Source: an uncultured Gammaproteobacteria bacterium (GTDB taxonomy: Bacteria; Patescibacteriota; Microgenomatia; Levybacterales; UBA12049). From it: a stretch of DNA of 64,000 nucleotides. The notes beneath the pieces were generated by a model. That model did no database searches, was not told the DNA's origin, and worked only from the letters and a program-made list of their open reading frames with translations. The stretch spans positions 916,668 through 980,667 of the forward strand of contig OZ246394.1 of assembly GCA_965230895.1 (NCBI GenBank), in the 5' to 3' direction. The translations under genes were made by a program, and so were the position numbers. Shown here in pieces: positions 30,482 through 40,269 of this stretch (position 1 is its first letter; each line of letters begins with the position of its first letter).

Positions 30482-31411
30482 ATGAAACATGTTGCAGTTG
30501 TAACAGTTAATTTTAATACTGAACAGGACACTATTGATTTCCTCCACAGCCTTGAAAAGGTAAACAAGCCAAATATCCGATTAGACACCATTATTGTTGA
30601 TAATGGTTCGAAGGAAGTTTTTGAGCTTCCCCATAATATAAAGAAAGAACACATAAAATTGATCCGCTCTGATAGGAATACAGGCTTTTCAGGAGGATAT
30701 AATATTGGCATGAAAGAAGCATTAGCTAACGGTGCAGAATATATATTGATTGTGAATAATGATACATTGATGGATCCAGATATGATTGTTTATCTTCTTT
30801 CAGTTCTTGATAGTGATGCAAAAATTGGTGTAACAACTCCAAAGATATATTTTGCAAAAGGACACGAATTCCATAAAAATAGATACAAAAAAGAAGACCT
30901 TGGGAAAGTTTTCTGGTTTGCTGGAGGACATACAGATTGGGCAAATGTCCAAAGCATCCATCGCGGTGTTGATGAAGTTGATCATGGTCAATATGATAAA
31001 ACCGAAGAAATTGAATTCGCAACCGGTTGCTGCATGATGTTTAAGAGAGAAGTCTTGGAAAAAGTTGGCATGCTTGATGATGACTTTTTCTTATATTATG
31101 AAGATGCTGATTTGAATGAGCGAGTGCGGAGAGCTGGATACAAAATATTTTATGTTCCAGATGCAGTCCTAACACATGTCAACGCAGCATCTTCTGGTGG
31201 AGCTGGAAATGGCAATGTATTACAAGATTATTTTATAACCCGGAATAAAATGTTATTTGGAATGAAGTATGCACCATTTCGTACAAAGATTGCACTAATA
31301 CGGGAAAGTTTGCGGCTTTTAAGAACCGGCAGAGAATTTCAGAAATATGCAATTAAAGACTACTATCAAGGAAAGTTTAATAAAGGTACGTTCTTCGAAA
31401 AGCGGAAATAA
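30482..31411 (+). CDS. GT2 glycosyltransferase
   Basis: VDNGS, NTGFSGGYN, NND and FLYYEDAD motifs. Confidence 0.9.
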   Translation: MKHVAVVTVNFNTEQDTIDFLHSLEKVNKPNIRLDTIIVDNGSKEVFELPHNIKKEHIKLIRSDRNTGFSGGYNIGMKEALANGAEYILIVNNDTLMDPDMIVYLLSVLDSDAKIGVTTPKIYFAKGHEFHKNRYKKEDLGKVFWFAGGHTDWANVQSIHRGVDEVDHGQYDKTEEIEFATGCCMMFKREVLEKVGMLDDDFFLYYEDADLNERVRRAGYKIFYVPDAVLTHVNAASSGGAGNGNVLQDYFITRNKMLFGMKYAPFRTKIALIRESLRLLRTGREFQKYAIKDYYQGKFNKGTFFEKRK

Positions 31412-31412
31412 T

Positions 31413-32294
31413 CTAAAGTACTTCTAATGCTTTTGTATAGGTTTCAACCAAGTATGGCTTCTTTGTTACTTTTCCGAGAGCAATCAACGATTTTGCCTTT
31501 GTCACCATCATTGATTTCACAATTAAATACTCTGCAGGAGAACGATGCTTTTTATAAAAATACAACAAATTTTTATAAATATTTACGATCGCAAATGTTT
31601 TATTAGTACTTCCATGTTCTTTGTGTAACACCATAACGTTAGGATAGAAATAAACATCTTTCCTTGCCAAATGTGCACGATAGCATAATTCCATATCTTC
31701 AATATACATAAATATTTTCTCATCAAAACCACCGAGTGCATCAAACTCTGATTTTTTCGCCATCAGAAGACCACCCTTTACCCAATCAACTTTTTGAATC
31801 TTATTAGGGCTTTTGTCGAGCAACCCATACCTTTGTCCACCTGCAAGAAGCAATGCAGCATATTCAAGAGTGTAAAACTTTCCTGTTGAAGCTTGCAGTG
31901 AACCATCAAAGTTACGAAGCTGTCCGCCCATTATTGCAATATTTCCATGCTCGTCCATATATTTTGCCATTGCAAAAATACCATGATCTTTTACGATAGT
32001 GTCATTATTGAGAAAAAGAAGATATTTTCCTTTTGCTGATGCTGCTCCTAAATTGCATCCTGATCCAAATCCACTATTCTTTGGATTAGCGATAAGATGC
32101 ATATTTTTATACTCTTTACTTTTTATTTCTTTACGAATAGTCTGAACAGAATCATCTTGTGAATCATTATCAACGATAATTAATTCAATCTCGCCTTTTT
32201 CAAATTCATGTCTAAACACTTCGTACAATGATTGCATGCAATCAAGTGTCAATTCTTTTCTTTTATAATTAAGTGTAACTATCGAAAGTGTCAT
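31413..32294 (-). CDS. GT2 glycosyltransferase
   Basis: VDNDSQD, GFGSGCN, LNND and GFDEKIFMYIED motifs. Confidence 0.9.
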   Translation of the reverse strand: MTLSIVTLNYKRKELTLDCMQSLYEVFRHEFEKGEIELIIVDNDSQDDSVQTIRKEIKSKEYKNMHLIANPKNSGFGSGCNLGAASAKGKYLLFLNNDTIVKDHGIFAMAKYMDEHGNIAIMGGQLRNFDGSLQASTGKFYTLEYAALLLAGGQRYGLLDKSPNKIQKVDWVKGGLLMAKKSEFDALGGFDEKIFMYIEDMELCYRAHLARKDVYFYPNVMVLHKEHGSTNKTFAIVNIYKNLLYFYKKHRSPAEYLIVKSMMVTKAKSLIALGKVTKKPYLVETYTKALEVL

Positions 32295-33244
32295 ACTTTA
32301 TTTTCCTTCAAAATAGATCTATCTGTTCGTACAAAAAGTTTCTTTGCTCGATATCTGGAATCTTTGACTCGATCCATTTGAGCAAGGGCAAGAAAGAATC
32401 CCTGAATAAAAACTAGATCACGACGCAAAACTGCCTTGAGCAAATGATACGGCATCCAGAGAATATGCGATAAAAGTAATCCTCGATCAGTAATGTTTTT
32501 CCAGATGAAAAAGTATTGATTTCTATAGGCAATCTTCTGGATATGCTTTGGTTTGAATTTCGTTTTGATAGCACCTTCTTCATGTTCATGCACAACAATA
32601 CTACGCGGTTCAAAAACAATTTTATAACCTGACTTCCAGGCTCTATACGAAAGATCTATATCTTCCCAATAAAACGGATTAAATAAATTATCTAACCCAC
32701 CTAATTTATCCCAAATCTTTTTATTAAATGCACTACTTCCTCCACTTGCCCAAAGAGATTGACCAGCCGAAACATCTGCAGCTTTATGTTGGAGAAACCC
32801 ACGCTGCCACCAACCAATTGCTCTACCTCGAGGGACACTTTTTCCTTCTTCTATACTTTCATCCAAACACCCGACTGCAAATACTTTATCATCAGAAAAA
32901 TGCGCAAGCAGTGGAGCAAGGAATTCTTTATAAGGTCGAACATCTGAATTGAAGAGAATAAGAATATCTCCACTTGCCAATTGGACACCACGATTTACAT
33001 TTTTTGAGAAACCAGCTTCTTCTCTTTTGAGATTATTAATCGTTTTACCAACAATATGCTTTTCTTTAATTGACTTGATAAAAGCTTCAATGACTTCTGT
33101 TGATTTATCTGTCGAAGGATCATTGGGGATAATAATTTCAACCTTACCTTCTTTATAATCTTTTACTGATTCAAGGACATGAGGAAGGTTTTTCTTTAGA
33201 ATTTTCTCTCCGTTGTAGTTAGGGATAACAATGCTTATATTCAT
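32291..33244 (-). CDS. GT2 glycosyltransferase
   Basis: MNISIVIPNYNG, NSD and PFYWEDIDLSYRA motifs. Start placed at the ATG at 33244. Confidence 0.9.
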   Translation of the reverse strand: MNISIVIPNYNGEKILKKNLPHVLESVKDYKEGKVEIIIPNDPSTDKSTEVIEAFIKSIKEKHIVGKTINNLKREEAGFSKNVNRGVQLASGDILILFNSDVRPYKEFLAPLLAHFSDDKVFAVGCLDESIEEGKSVPRGRAIGWWQRGFLQHKAADVSAGQSLWASGGSSAFNKKIWDKLGGLDNLFNPFYWEDIDLSYRAWKSGYKIVFEPRSIVVHEHEEGAIKTKFKPKHIQKIAYRNQYFFIWKNITDRGLLLSHILWMPYHLLKAVLRRDLVFIQGFFLALAQMDRVKDSRYRAKKLFVRTDRSILKENKV

Positions 33245-33254
33245 AGAACCTCGT

Positions 33255-33515
33255 CTATACACTAAATAGGTACAGGGAGAGTACCACACCCAGGCAGGCA
33301 ATCAAAATATACTCAATAACTAATCGGACATGCAATTCGTGATGGACATAATGGTGAAGTAATGACCATATGAAATAACATGTTGCCGTCATAGTAATAA
33401 TTAATGCTTGTAACTTACTACTCTGGCTATTAAGTGTAATTAATGCCAATCCTAATCCAAAGATCAACAGTGTTGAACTGTAATACCAAATATGTTTGCG
33501 TATATCCTGAATCAT
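33255..33515 (-). CDS. Small three-TM membrane protein
   Basis: 86 aa, hydrophobic, with YFIWSLLHH...VIEY. Abuts the upstream gene. Confidence 0.75.
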   Translation of the reverse strand: MIQDIRKHIWYYSSTLLIFGLGLALITLNSQSSKLQALIITMTATCYFIWSLLHHYVHHELHVRLVIEYILIACLGVVLSLYLFSV

Positions 33516-34453
33516 TATAAAATTACTCCTCTACCAATAATTATACCCGCTATCAAAATGAATAAAAGGAAAAGAATATGATCGATATTATGTGAGAATG
33601 CTCGGACGATCTTTTTGCGTTCAATGATAATTGCATCAAGTACGAGAACAAAGATAAAGAATAACAGGAAGAAATATGAGATGTTTTGTTTGATAGAGTT
33701 AGCATCGATCAATGGAGAACTTTGTACAGAAGCTACTCCAGCAAGATCTTTTGGATTTTCATCGGTGCTTGCTGTAATAGGAGCAGGCGTCGGCGTAGGT
33801 TCAGGAGTCATGGTTGGCTGGTTATTTGTATTAACTGGCGGTGCTAGCCCCGTTGGCACAACAGCCAATTGTCCTTCCTCATCTTTAGGTGTGTATGGAC
33901 TTCCAAACATTTGAACCACGAGCACAGTATCTGATCCAGTTAATGTTCCTGGTAGGACAGCAAAGCCGATATCGGTATAATTTGGTGACAGCATATTCTC
34001 ACGATGAGTAGGGCTATCCATCCAGGCATCAACGACAGCCTTTCCGCTATCAAACCCTCTTGCAAGATTCTCTCCTGCGTATAAATATTGATAGCCAGAA
34101 TCTTTGATAAATACCCAAGGAGTTGTACCATCAGGCGCGACATGTGCCCAATAATTCTTCGCAAACATATGATGTGCTTTATGATCTGCTGCCGAAGACA
34201 ATTTCGCGTTTAATTTTAGCGGCGCTAGACCATTTGCCTGACGTTTGATATTTGTATAGGTCAACAGATCCTGAATAGATATACTTGTAGAATCTCCAAG
34301 CACTGCAGGATACTGTTTTTCCACGCCAGCCATTGTTATCAAGCCTGACATCAAAAACGCCACGATCAAAAAGATAATTTCATAATGCAAAACTCGTGGA
34401 CGATAATTATTGGTATGGCGAGGAATTAAAAGATGATGGAGAAAATTTCTCAT
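33515..34453 (-). CDS. CAP (SCP-like) domain membrane protein
   Basis: TNIKRQANGL, YWAH, AGENLA and WMDSPTHREN motifs, with TMs at both ends and a P/T-rich linker. Confidence 0.9.
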   Translation of the reverse strand: MRNFLHHLLIPRHTNNYRPRVLHYEIIFLIVAFLMSGLITMAGVEKQYPAVLGDSTSISIQDLLTYTNIKRQANGLAPLKLNAKLSSAADHKAHHMFAKNYWAHVAPDGTTPWVFIKDSGYQYLYAGENLARGFDSGKAVVDAWMDSPTHRENMLSPNYTDIGFAVLPGTLTGSDTVLVVQMFGSPYTPKDEEGQLAVVPTGLAPPVNTNNQPTMTPEPTPTPAPITASTDENPKDLAGVASVQSSPLIDANSIKQNISYFFLLFFIFVLVLDAIIIERKKIVRAFSHNIDHILFLLFILIAGIIIGRGVIL

Positions 34454-34508
34454 ACTATGTAAAGTATACAGTGTCCTCCGCGAAGAGTAAATTAGATTTC
34501 ATTCAGTC

Positions 34509-34826
34509 CTAGGAATAAACGGCTTCAACTGCTTCTCCAACTTTTTTTCCGTTAATAGGAACTTGTAAGAGTTGCCCTAATGTATTTGCAATTGTTATGC
34601 CAACCCGCAATCCGGTAAAAGAACCAGGACCAACGTTCACTTCAATTTCAGTAATATCTTTCAAGTCTATATGATTATCCGCAAGCACGGATTGAATCAT
34701 CGGTAATACAATCTGACTTTTTCGGTGATTTGGAATTTGCGTACGAACATCTTCTCTAGCATCAATTTTTAAACGGATCACAGTTTCCTTATTGTTTGAA
34801 GTATCAATGTATAAAATATTTTTCAT
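34509..34826 (-). CDS. tsaB: t6A biosynthesis protein TsaB, N-terminal domain only
   Basis: LYIDTS and GPGSFTGLRVG signature. Only 105 aa. Confidence 0.88.
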   Translation of the reverse strand: MKNILYIDTSNNKETVIRLKIDAREDVRTQIPNHRKSQIVLPMIQSVLADNHIDLKDITEIEVNVGPGSFTGLRVGITIANTLGQLLQVPINGKKVGEAVEAVYS

Positions 34827-35396
34827 TTAAGTATGTACAGCTCCTTGGCGTAAGATTTTCCATGGATCATCAACTACTGAAATGACAGTCGATGCTTCCT
34901 TAGTAAAAGTTTCTCCAGGGACAACGTAATCAACTAATTTTACCAATTCTGGATCGAGATCTTCAAATGCATAGGGTGTTTTTTCTCCAGGGAAATTTGC
35001 CGAAGAACCAAGGATAGGAACACCAACACCATTGATTATCTCAAGTGTTGTGAGATGATTTGGTACTCGAACTCCGAGAGTATTATCCTTTCGAACTAAT
35101 GAAGGTATCTTATCAGTTTTACATCGGAGTACAATTGTAAGACCACCTGGCCAATGCGGGCTAATAAGTTTGGTAATTACGTCTGGAGAAACTGGCTCAA
35201 TATACGGCTCAAGCATTTCAAGGCTTGCAGCAAGAACAGGCGTTGCTTTGTCCTCAGGTCTTCTTCTTAGTGCGAACAATCGCTTCACTGACTCTTCATT
35301 ATCGATTCTGCAACCGATACCAAAAGCTGTATCTGTAGGGAAGATAACGACTCCACCGTCTTTGATAATTCTTACCGCTTTTTGCACATGATCCAT
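34827..35396 (-). CDS. tsaC: L-threonylcarbamoyladenylate synthase (YrdC/TsaC)
   Basis: FPTDTAFG, WPGGLT, GVRVP, SSAN and ILRQG motifs. Confidence 0.92.
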   Translation of the reverse strand: MDHVQKAVRIIKDGGVVIFPTDTAFGIGCRIDNEESVKRLFALRRRPEDKATPVLAASLEMLEPYIEPVSPDVITKLISPHWPGGLTIVLRCKTDKIPSLVRKDNTLGVRVPNHLTTLEIINGVGVPILGSSANFPGEKTPYAFEDLDPELVKLVDYVVPGETFTKEASTVISVVDDPWKILRQGAVHT

Positions 35397-35466
35397 GAGT
35401 GCATTTTATCATAATTTGAGCTTGACAAGCCTCACTCTTCCCATCTATGCTTAAGATGAGGTCATA

Positions 35467-36063
35467 ATGGATCAAAACACTGAAACTGCCACTTCTTATT
35501 ACAACGCACATCGAAGAAAATCTTTTTTTCTTTCTCGCCTTTTCGTTCTTATTTCAATGCTCGTTCTTATCGTGACTTTGGGTGTAAATATTGCAGTCCT
35601 GTATCAACAAAGAACTTCCGCAACCACAAGAGCATCTGGTCCAGTTGGCCAAAATAATCTTCCTGCGCTTCCACAAGGCTGTGAATATGAAACAAAACAG
35701 AATGGCGTAGTAGTTGTTTGCCCTACAGAAACACCACAAGCATCTCCAACGATTGCTTCAAATCCTAAGTTTCCAATTAATGTAGAGCTACCCGAGCTTC
35801 CGGAGCCATGTACATATGCTTCTTCAAATGGTGGATTTGAGGTAAATTGCACCAGTCCAAATGCAGTCATACCAACCTCTCCAGTAAGAACAGTTACCTC
35901 ATGCCAAGTAGGAACTGAGAAAAACACATTAATTTGTCGCGAAACTACTGGAGAAAAAGTTGTTGTACCTTTACCACCATTACCTGCAGGCTGCGAGTAT
36001 CAAGTTGTAGCAAGAAATTATTTTGTTAGCTGCAAACCAAGTAAAGTTTCAGTACAGAACTAG
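35467..36063 (+). CDS. Membrane-anchored protein with four two-cysteine repeats
   Basis: N-terminal TM, then repeats such as LPALPQGCEY..VVC, LPELPEPCTY..VNC and LPPLPAGCEY..VSC. Confidence 0.8.
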   Translation: MDQNTETATSYYNAHRRKSFFLSRLFVLISMLVLIVTLGVNIAVLYQQRTSATTRASGPVGQNNLPALPQGCEYETKQNGVVVVCPTETPQASPTIASNPKFPINVELPELPEPCTYASSNGGFEVNCTSPNAVIPTSPVRTVTSCQVGTEKNTLICRETTGEKVVVPLPPLPAGCEYQVVARNYFVSCKPSKVSVQN

Positions 36064-36488
36064 GAGCTAAACGTAATACTTCTTTCGTCATCTTCCAAAT
36101 ATTCAAAGTAAATATCAATCCTGTCTTTTGGCAGAATACTCTCAATCTTTTCAGGCCATTCAATAGCGACAATGTTTTCCCTTTCTCCAATCAGTTCAAG
36201 CAAACCTAATCCCTCAACATCTTTTTCAGAAGCGATTCGATACAAATCTACGTGGAATAGATTCTGAATTGGAGAATCTGCAACTTCATATGTTCGCATG
36301 ATTATAAAAGTAGGAGAAATAATATTCCGTTTAATCCCCAATCCCTTTGCCAAACCCTGCATAAATGTCGTTTTGCCAGAACCCAAATCACCATGCAGCG
36401 CAAGGACTTCTCCTCCTTTTAAGGCCTTTGCAAGTTCTAAACCTAGTTGTTGCGTCTCTTTAAAACTTTTTGTAATTATTTTTTTCAT
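36060..36488 (-). CDS. tsaE: t6A biosynthesis ATPase TsaE
   Basis: GDLGSGKTTF, SPTF, HVDLYR and IEWPE motifs. Confidence 0.96.
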   Translation of the reverse strand: MKKIITKSFKETQQLGLELAKALKGGEVLALHGDLGSGKTTFMQGLAKGLGIKRNIISPTFIIMRTYEVADSPIQNLFHVDLYRIASEKDVEGLGLLELIGERENIVAIEWPEKIESILPKDRIDIYFEYLEDDERSITFSS

Positions 36489-36489
36489 A

Positions 36490-37368
36490 TTATGTACGCT
36501 GCTTCAGTTTTTTCAGAAATATGACAACAGCACAGGCAATTATAAACCCTGCACCCAAAATTGTAAAAAGGGCTGGTGCACTAGAAGCACCCTTTACTTT
36601 CACAGGAATAGACGGAAGAGGAATACGGGTTGGTTCATTTGCTTTGGTCTTAGCACCAAGAATTGCTGTAGGATATGCTCCACGACTTGCAACTTTTGCG
36701 GAAGCATTTGCTGGACGAATCGTCGGAGAGAGACGAATACTGGTTGGTGTTGGCAAAGAAGTTGAACTCCGAACCGTAGGAGTTCTTGTCGCTGTTGATC
36801 GAGAGATTGTGGAACCTGATTGCGCTTGCGTTGATGAAGAAACTCCTTGAGAAGCTGCAGTTTTTGCTGTGGGTTCTGGTTCGGGAGTATTCGTAGGCAT
36901 TGGTCCAGAATTTGGACTGCCTTTTGTTGTACTGGAAAGATACGCAAAGCTTCCATTCCCATCTGGAAATCTTCCCATAGCAACATCATACCCAGGCCCA
37001 TCCGTATAAGTCAGTTGATCCGCTATAGAACCGCTGGAACTAAAAAGAACGACAGTATCACCATCATTGTTAAACATTGATGCAGTCAATTCAATGTAAT
37101 AATGTTGACTATCACTCCCAGCAACAACACCGTCTAAGCTCTTTTTTGCACTTCCACCATTATCGTTGGCAAAATCAGTGTCATCATCGATCCAGTAATT
37201 CTTCAAATCACTACTATCTGTCACATACAACTCTACCCATTCTTTATTTCCAGCAGTTGGATGAGCGAGTACTTCATTAATGGTGACAGGACTTGCTGCA
37301 TATGCTTGGTTTGGAAAGTTCACCAGTAAAATAAGAAGAGAACCTAGTATAATGAGAAGAGACTGCAT
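36490..37368 (-). CDS. Surface protein with lamin-tail-like domain, S/T/P linker and C-terminal membrane anchor
   Basis: Signal peptide ending AYA; INEV...EWVELY, FNNDGDTVVL and GRFPDG; C-terminal TM followed by KKLKQR. Confidence 0.82.
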   Translation of the reverse strand: MQSLLIILGSLLILLVNFPNQAYAASPVTINEVLAHPTAGNKEWVELYVTDSSDLKNYWIDDDTDFANDNGGSAKKSLDGVVAGSDSQHYYIELTASMFNNDGDTVVLFSSSGSIADQLTYTDGPGYDVAMGRFPDGNGSFAYLSSTTKGSPNSGPMPTNTPEPEPTAKTAASQGVSSSTQAQSGSTISRSTATRTPTVRSSTSLPTPTSIRLSPTIRPANASAKVASRGAYPTAILGAKTKANEPTRIPLPSIPVKVKGASSAPALFTILGAGFIIACAVVIFLKKLKQRT

Positions 37369-37410
37369 GATAGTTTAATCATACATGAAAACTATAAGAA
37401 AGAGAATGTA

Positions 37411-38583
37411 TTAGTTATACCAACCGTATTGAGAGATGCTAGAGTAATAATCGGAGAATTTAAGATCAGGCCCATTCCATGGATCATTCATGATGTAATT
37501 TCCTGCTGATCCACTCTTCAAAACGACAAAGTGAGAATTGTTTTTGACACCAACAATAACTGGCTCACCACTTGCCAGCTTACTATCAATTGCAGATTGG
37601 TTATTTCCCCATGCTGAAGAGAATTTGCCTCCACCCCATGGAATAGCCATATATGCAGTGTTTGAGAAGAAATATGAACTATTACTTGTCACTGATGCTG
37701 GAGTAACGTCTTCTCCATGCTTTTTCATAATCATAGCCATAGAAGTTGCAAGACATCCAACTTCCCAAACATATTCAGGAGATGATCCCATATTTGAATT
37801 ACCCCATCGGGAATCCCGCTGATTGAAGTACCACCCATCAGGACTTGCTTGTGGAGGAAGCACAGATCCACCATGGCCTCGCGCGAAAGATTTCATTGAA
37901 TTAACTTGCGCACGCGCCTGAGACAATAAAGTCTGGTAATGAGCTTCATCGTTCTTTGTAGCTGTCAATAAACTTTGTTTACTCGCCTTATCTTTATCAA
38001 GTTGTACTTGATAGCCTTCAAGCTGTTTGTTTAGTTCTTCAACTTTCTTCTTTTTCTGCTCAAGAATCGTCTTTTGATTTGCATAATCATTCCTTGCCTG
38101 TTGAGTATCATAAAGCAATTGTCGGTCATGACTCTGAACAATCTTCAGATAATTTGCACGAGACATAAGATCAGACATATTTCCAGAAGCTAGAAGAACC
38201 TGCAGTTCTTTTGCATCGCCAGCTTGGTATGTTGCGACAATTCGATTAAGTAATACCTTGGTTGTGTTATCAAGCGAACCCTCAAGGTTGTTCATGCGCT
38301 TGCCCGCTGATTCGATATCAAGAGTTATATCCATAACTTCTTTTTGTGTCGCATCGATACGATATTCAGTTAATGAGATTTGTCCATCCATAGCAGCAAT
38401 TTGTGAAGATAAAGAATTTCCTTGAGATTTAAGATCTGAGACTTTTCTTTCAAGTTCGCGGATACGATTATTAAGGTCGTTTACTTGCTGCTGGTTACCT
38501 GTAGATTGTGTTTGTGCATACACAAATGCACCGCTTACTCCAAAACCTACAATAGCAAGAATAAAAATTAGTAATCTCTTCAT
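37411..38583 (-). CDS. Secreted coiled-coil protein with C39-like cysteine peptidase domain (PcsB/CwlO-like architecture)
   Basis: Signal peptide, long coiled coil, then FNQRDSRW...GCLATSMAM...HFVVL...MNDP. Directly downstream of ftsEX. Confidence 0.82.
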   Translation of the reverse strand: MKRLLIFILAIVGFGVSGAFVYAQTQSTGNQQQVNDLNNRIRELERKVSDLKSQGNSLSSQIAAMDGQISLTEYRIDATQKEVMDITLDIESAGKRMNNLEGSLDNTTKVLLNRIVATYQAGDAKELQVLLASGNMSDLMSRANYLKIVQSHDRQLLYDTQQARNDYANQKTILEQKKKKVEELNKQLEGYQVQLDKDKASKQSLLTATKNDEAHYQTLLSQARAQVNSMKSFARGHGGSVLPPQASPDGWYFNQRDSRWGNSNMGSSPEYVWEVGCLATSMAMIMKKHGEDVTPASVTSNSSYFFSNTAYMAIPWGGGKFSSAWGNNQSAIDSKLASGEPVIVGVKNNSHFVVLKSGSAGNYIMNDPWNGPDLKFSDYYSSISQYGWYN

Positions 38584-38620
38584 AATGATTCGGGCCGTTC
38601 AATTATACGACCAAGTTGTT

Positions 38621-39487
38621 TTATTTCAAGTACCGGCGTACAGCAAGTGAGCTGGCGAGGATGCCAAGGAAAACTGCAATAACTAACTCACCAAGCAAAA
38701 GCGCTACTAAGAATACTGGTGATACCGGAAGCACAGGAATTCCCTTTAAGAACGTTTCAAGATATGGTGTCGCATAGAGAAGTCCACCTGAAGCAACAAG
38801 CCAGCCGATAAGTGTTCCAAGAATACCATAGAAAATACCTTCCAGAATAAAAGGCATGCGGATATACATATTGGTCGCGGAAAGGAGCTTCATAATTTCG
38901 ATTTCTTCTTTCTTTTGCGAAACTTTAAATCCGATGACAGTCATCATGATAAAGACAGATACAAGTGCCAACACAGCAATAAGCGTTATCCCAACAATAC
39001 GAACAGCATTGGTCCAGCTTGCCAAAGTCGAGACAATATCTTTTTGGTAGATTACTTCATTAACATACGGCGATGCTCGAAGTGTATTGGAGACAGGTTC
39101 GAGATCTTCAATTTTATAGGTAGAGATTTCCAGCGAAGCAGGCAAGATATCTTCTGTTACCAAATCAAGTAATAACGGATCGTTTTTATTTTGTTCTTTA
39201 TAGATCTGCAATGCTTCTGCTTTGGATACATATTTTGTTGAAGCAATTTGTCCTGTTTGTTGGAGTTGTGCACGAAGTTGATCAATATCTTGAGGCTTTG
39301 CTTCATCTTTAAAGAACGCTGTAACTTGTGGCTTTGATTCAAAATATTGAATGACCGCTGAAGATCCAAACACGATGAAAGAGAAAATCGTTATAGAAAG
39401 AAATGTCAGCATCATGATAAAAACAGCTGCCATTGACTGATATGGACTTCTTCGAATGTGTTTTAACGTTGTCTTAGTTGCTCGCAT
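38621..39487 (-). CDS. ftsX: Cell division permease FtsX
   Basis: YVSKAEAL, LPASLEI, EIEIMKL and IRMPFILEG motifs. Follows ftsE. Start placed at the ATG at 39487. Confidence 0.92.
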   Translation of the reverse strand: MRATKTTLKHIRRSPYQSMAAVFIMMLTFLSITIFSFIVFGSSAVIQYFESKPQVTAFFKDEAKPQDIDQLRAQLQQTGQIASTKYVSKAEALQIYKEQNKNDPLLLDLVTEDILPASLEISTYKIEDLEPVSNTLRASPYVNEVIYQKDIVSTLASWTNAVRIVGITLIAVLALVSVFIMMTVIGFKVSQKKEEIEIMKLLSATNMYIRMPFILEGIFYGILGTLIGWLVASGGLLYATPYLETFLKGIPVLPVSPVFLVALLLGELVIAVFLGILASSLAVRRYLK

Positions 39488-39491
39488 ACAT

Positions 39492-40187
39492 TTATTCCTC
39501 TTTTTTAGCGTGAGCTTTTGTTTCACGCTTATCATCACGGGTTAAAATACCTTTTTCGAGAATCAATGTTCTTTTCTGCATACTGTTCACAATATCGGCA
39601 TTATGTGTTGCCATAATAATAGTTGTACCACTATCGTTGATATCCTGCAAAAGTTTTACGATTTCCCATGTTGTCGCATTATCTAAATTACCTGTCGGTT
39701 CGTCAGCAAGAAGAATTTCAGGATTGAAAGCTAGTGCTCTAGCGATTGCTGCTCGTTGTAATTCTCCTCCAGATAATTGGATTGGGAATTTATTTATGTG
39801 CTCCTGAATTCCCACACGTTCGATAATCTCTTCTACTCGCTTTTTTGCATCGTGTGTATCCATGTTCCCTACTTCGAGCGGAAACATAATATTTTCAAAA
39901 ATTGTCCTATCACGCAAAAGCTTTAAATCCTGAAATACCATTCCGATATTTTTTCGCAAATGATGCACTTTCTTATGAGGAAGTTTCACAAGATCCCAAT
40001 CCCCTATATGGATTGCACCACTTGTCGGGACAGTATCACGGATAAGCAAGCGGAACAAGGTAGTCTTCCCGGATCCAGACGGTCCAACTAAAAAGACAAA
40101 TTCTCCACGATCAATCGTGAAGGTAACATCAGCAAGAGCTGTATTTCCAGTCGGATATGCTTTGGTAACATTTTCTAGTCGTATCAT
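39492..40187 (-). CDS. ftsE: Cell division ATP-binding protein FtsE
   Basis: GEFVFLVGPSGSGKTT, VFQD, LSGGE, ADEPTGNLD and MATH motifs. Confidence 0.93.
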   Translation of the reverse strand: MIRLENVTKAYPTGNTALADVTFTIDRGEFVFLVGPSGSGKTTLFRLLIRDTVPTSGAIHIGDWDLVKLPHKKVHHLRKNIGMVFQDLKLLRDRTIFENIMFPLEVGNMDTHDAKKRVEEIIERVGIQEHINKFPIQLSGGELQRAAIARALAFNPEILLADEPTGNLDNATTWEIVKLLQDINDSGTTIIMATHNADIVNSMQKRTLILEKGILTRDDKRETKAHAKKEE

Positions 40188-40189
40188 AG

Positions 40190-40257
40190 GTCATTGCAGG
40201 GATATATTTTGGGCGGCAATCTCCTCCCCGACGAGATTGCTGCTCCCGCCGAATGAC
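40190..40257. repeat. Palindromic REP-like intergenic element
   Basis: GC-rich island with terminal GTCATT/AATGAC inverted repeat and inner GCGGCAATCTC/GAGATTGCTGC stem. Confidence 0.6.
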
Positions 40258-40269
40258 GGATCGTCGAGA

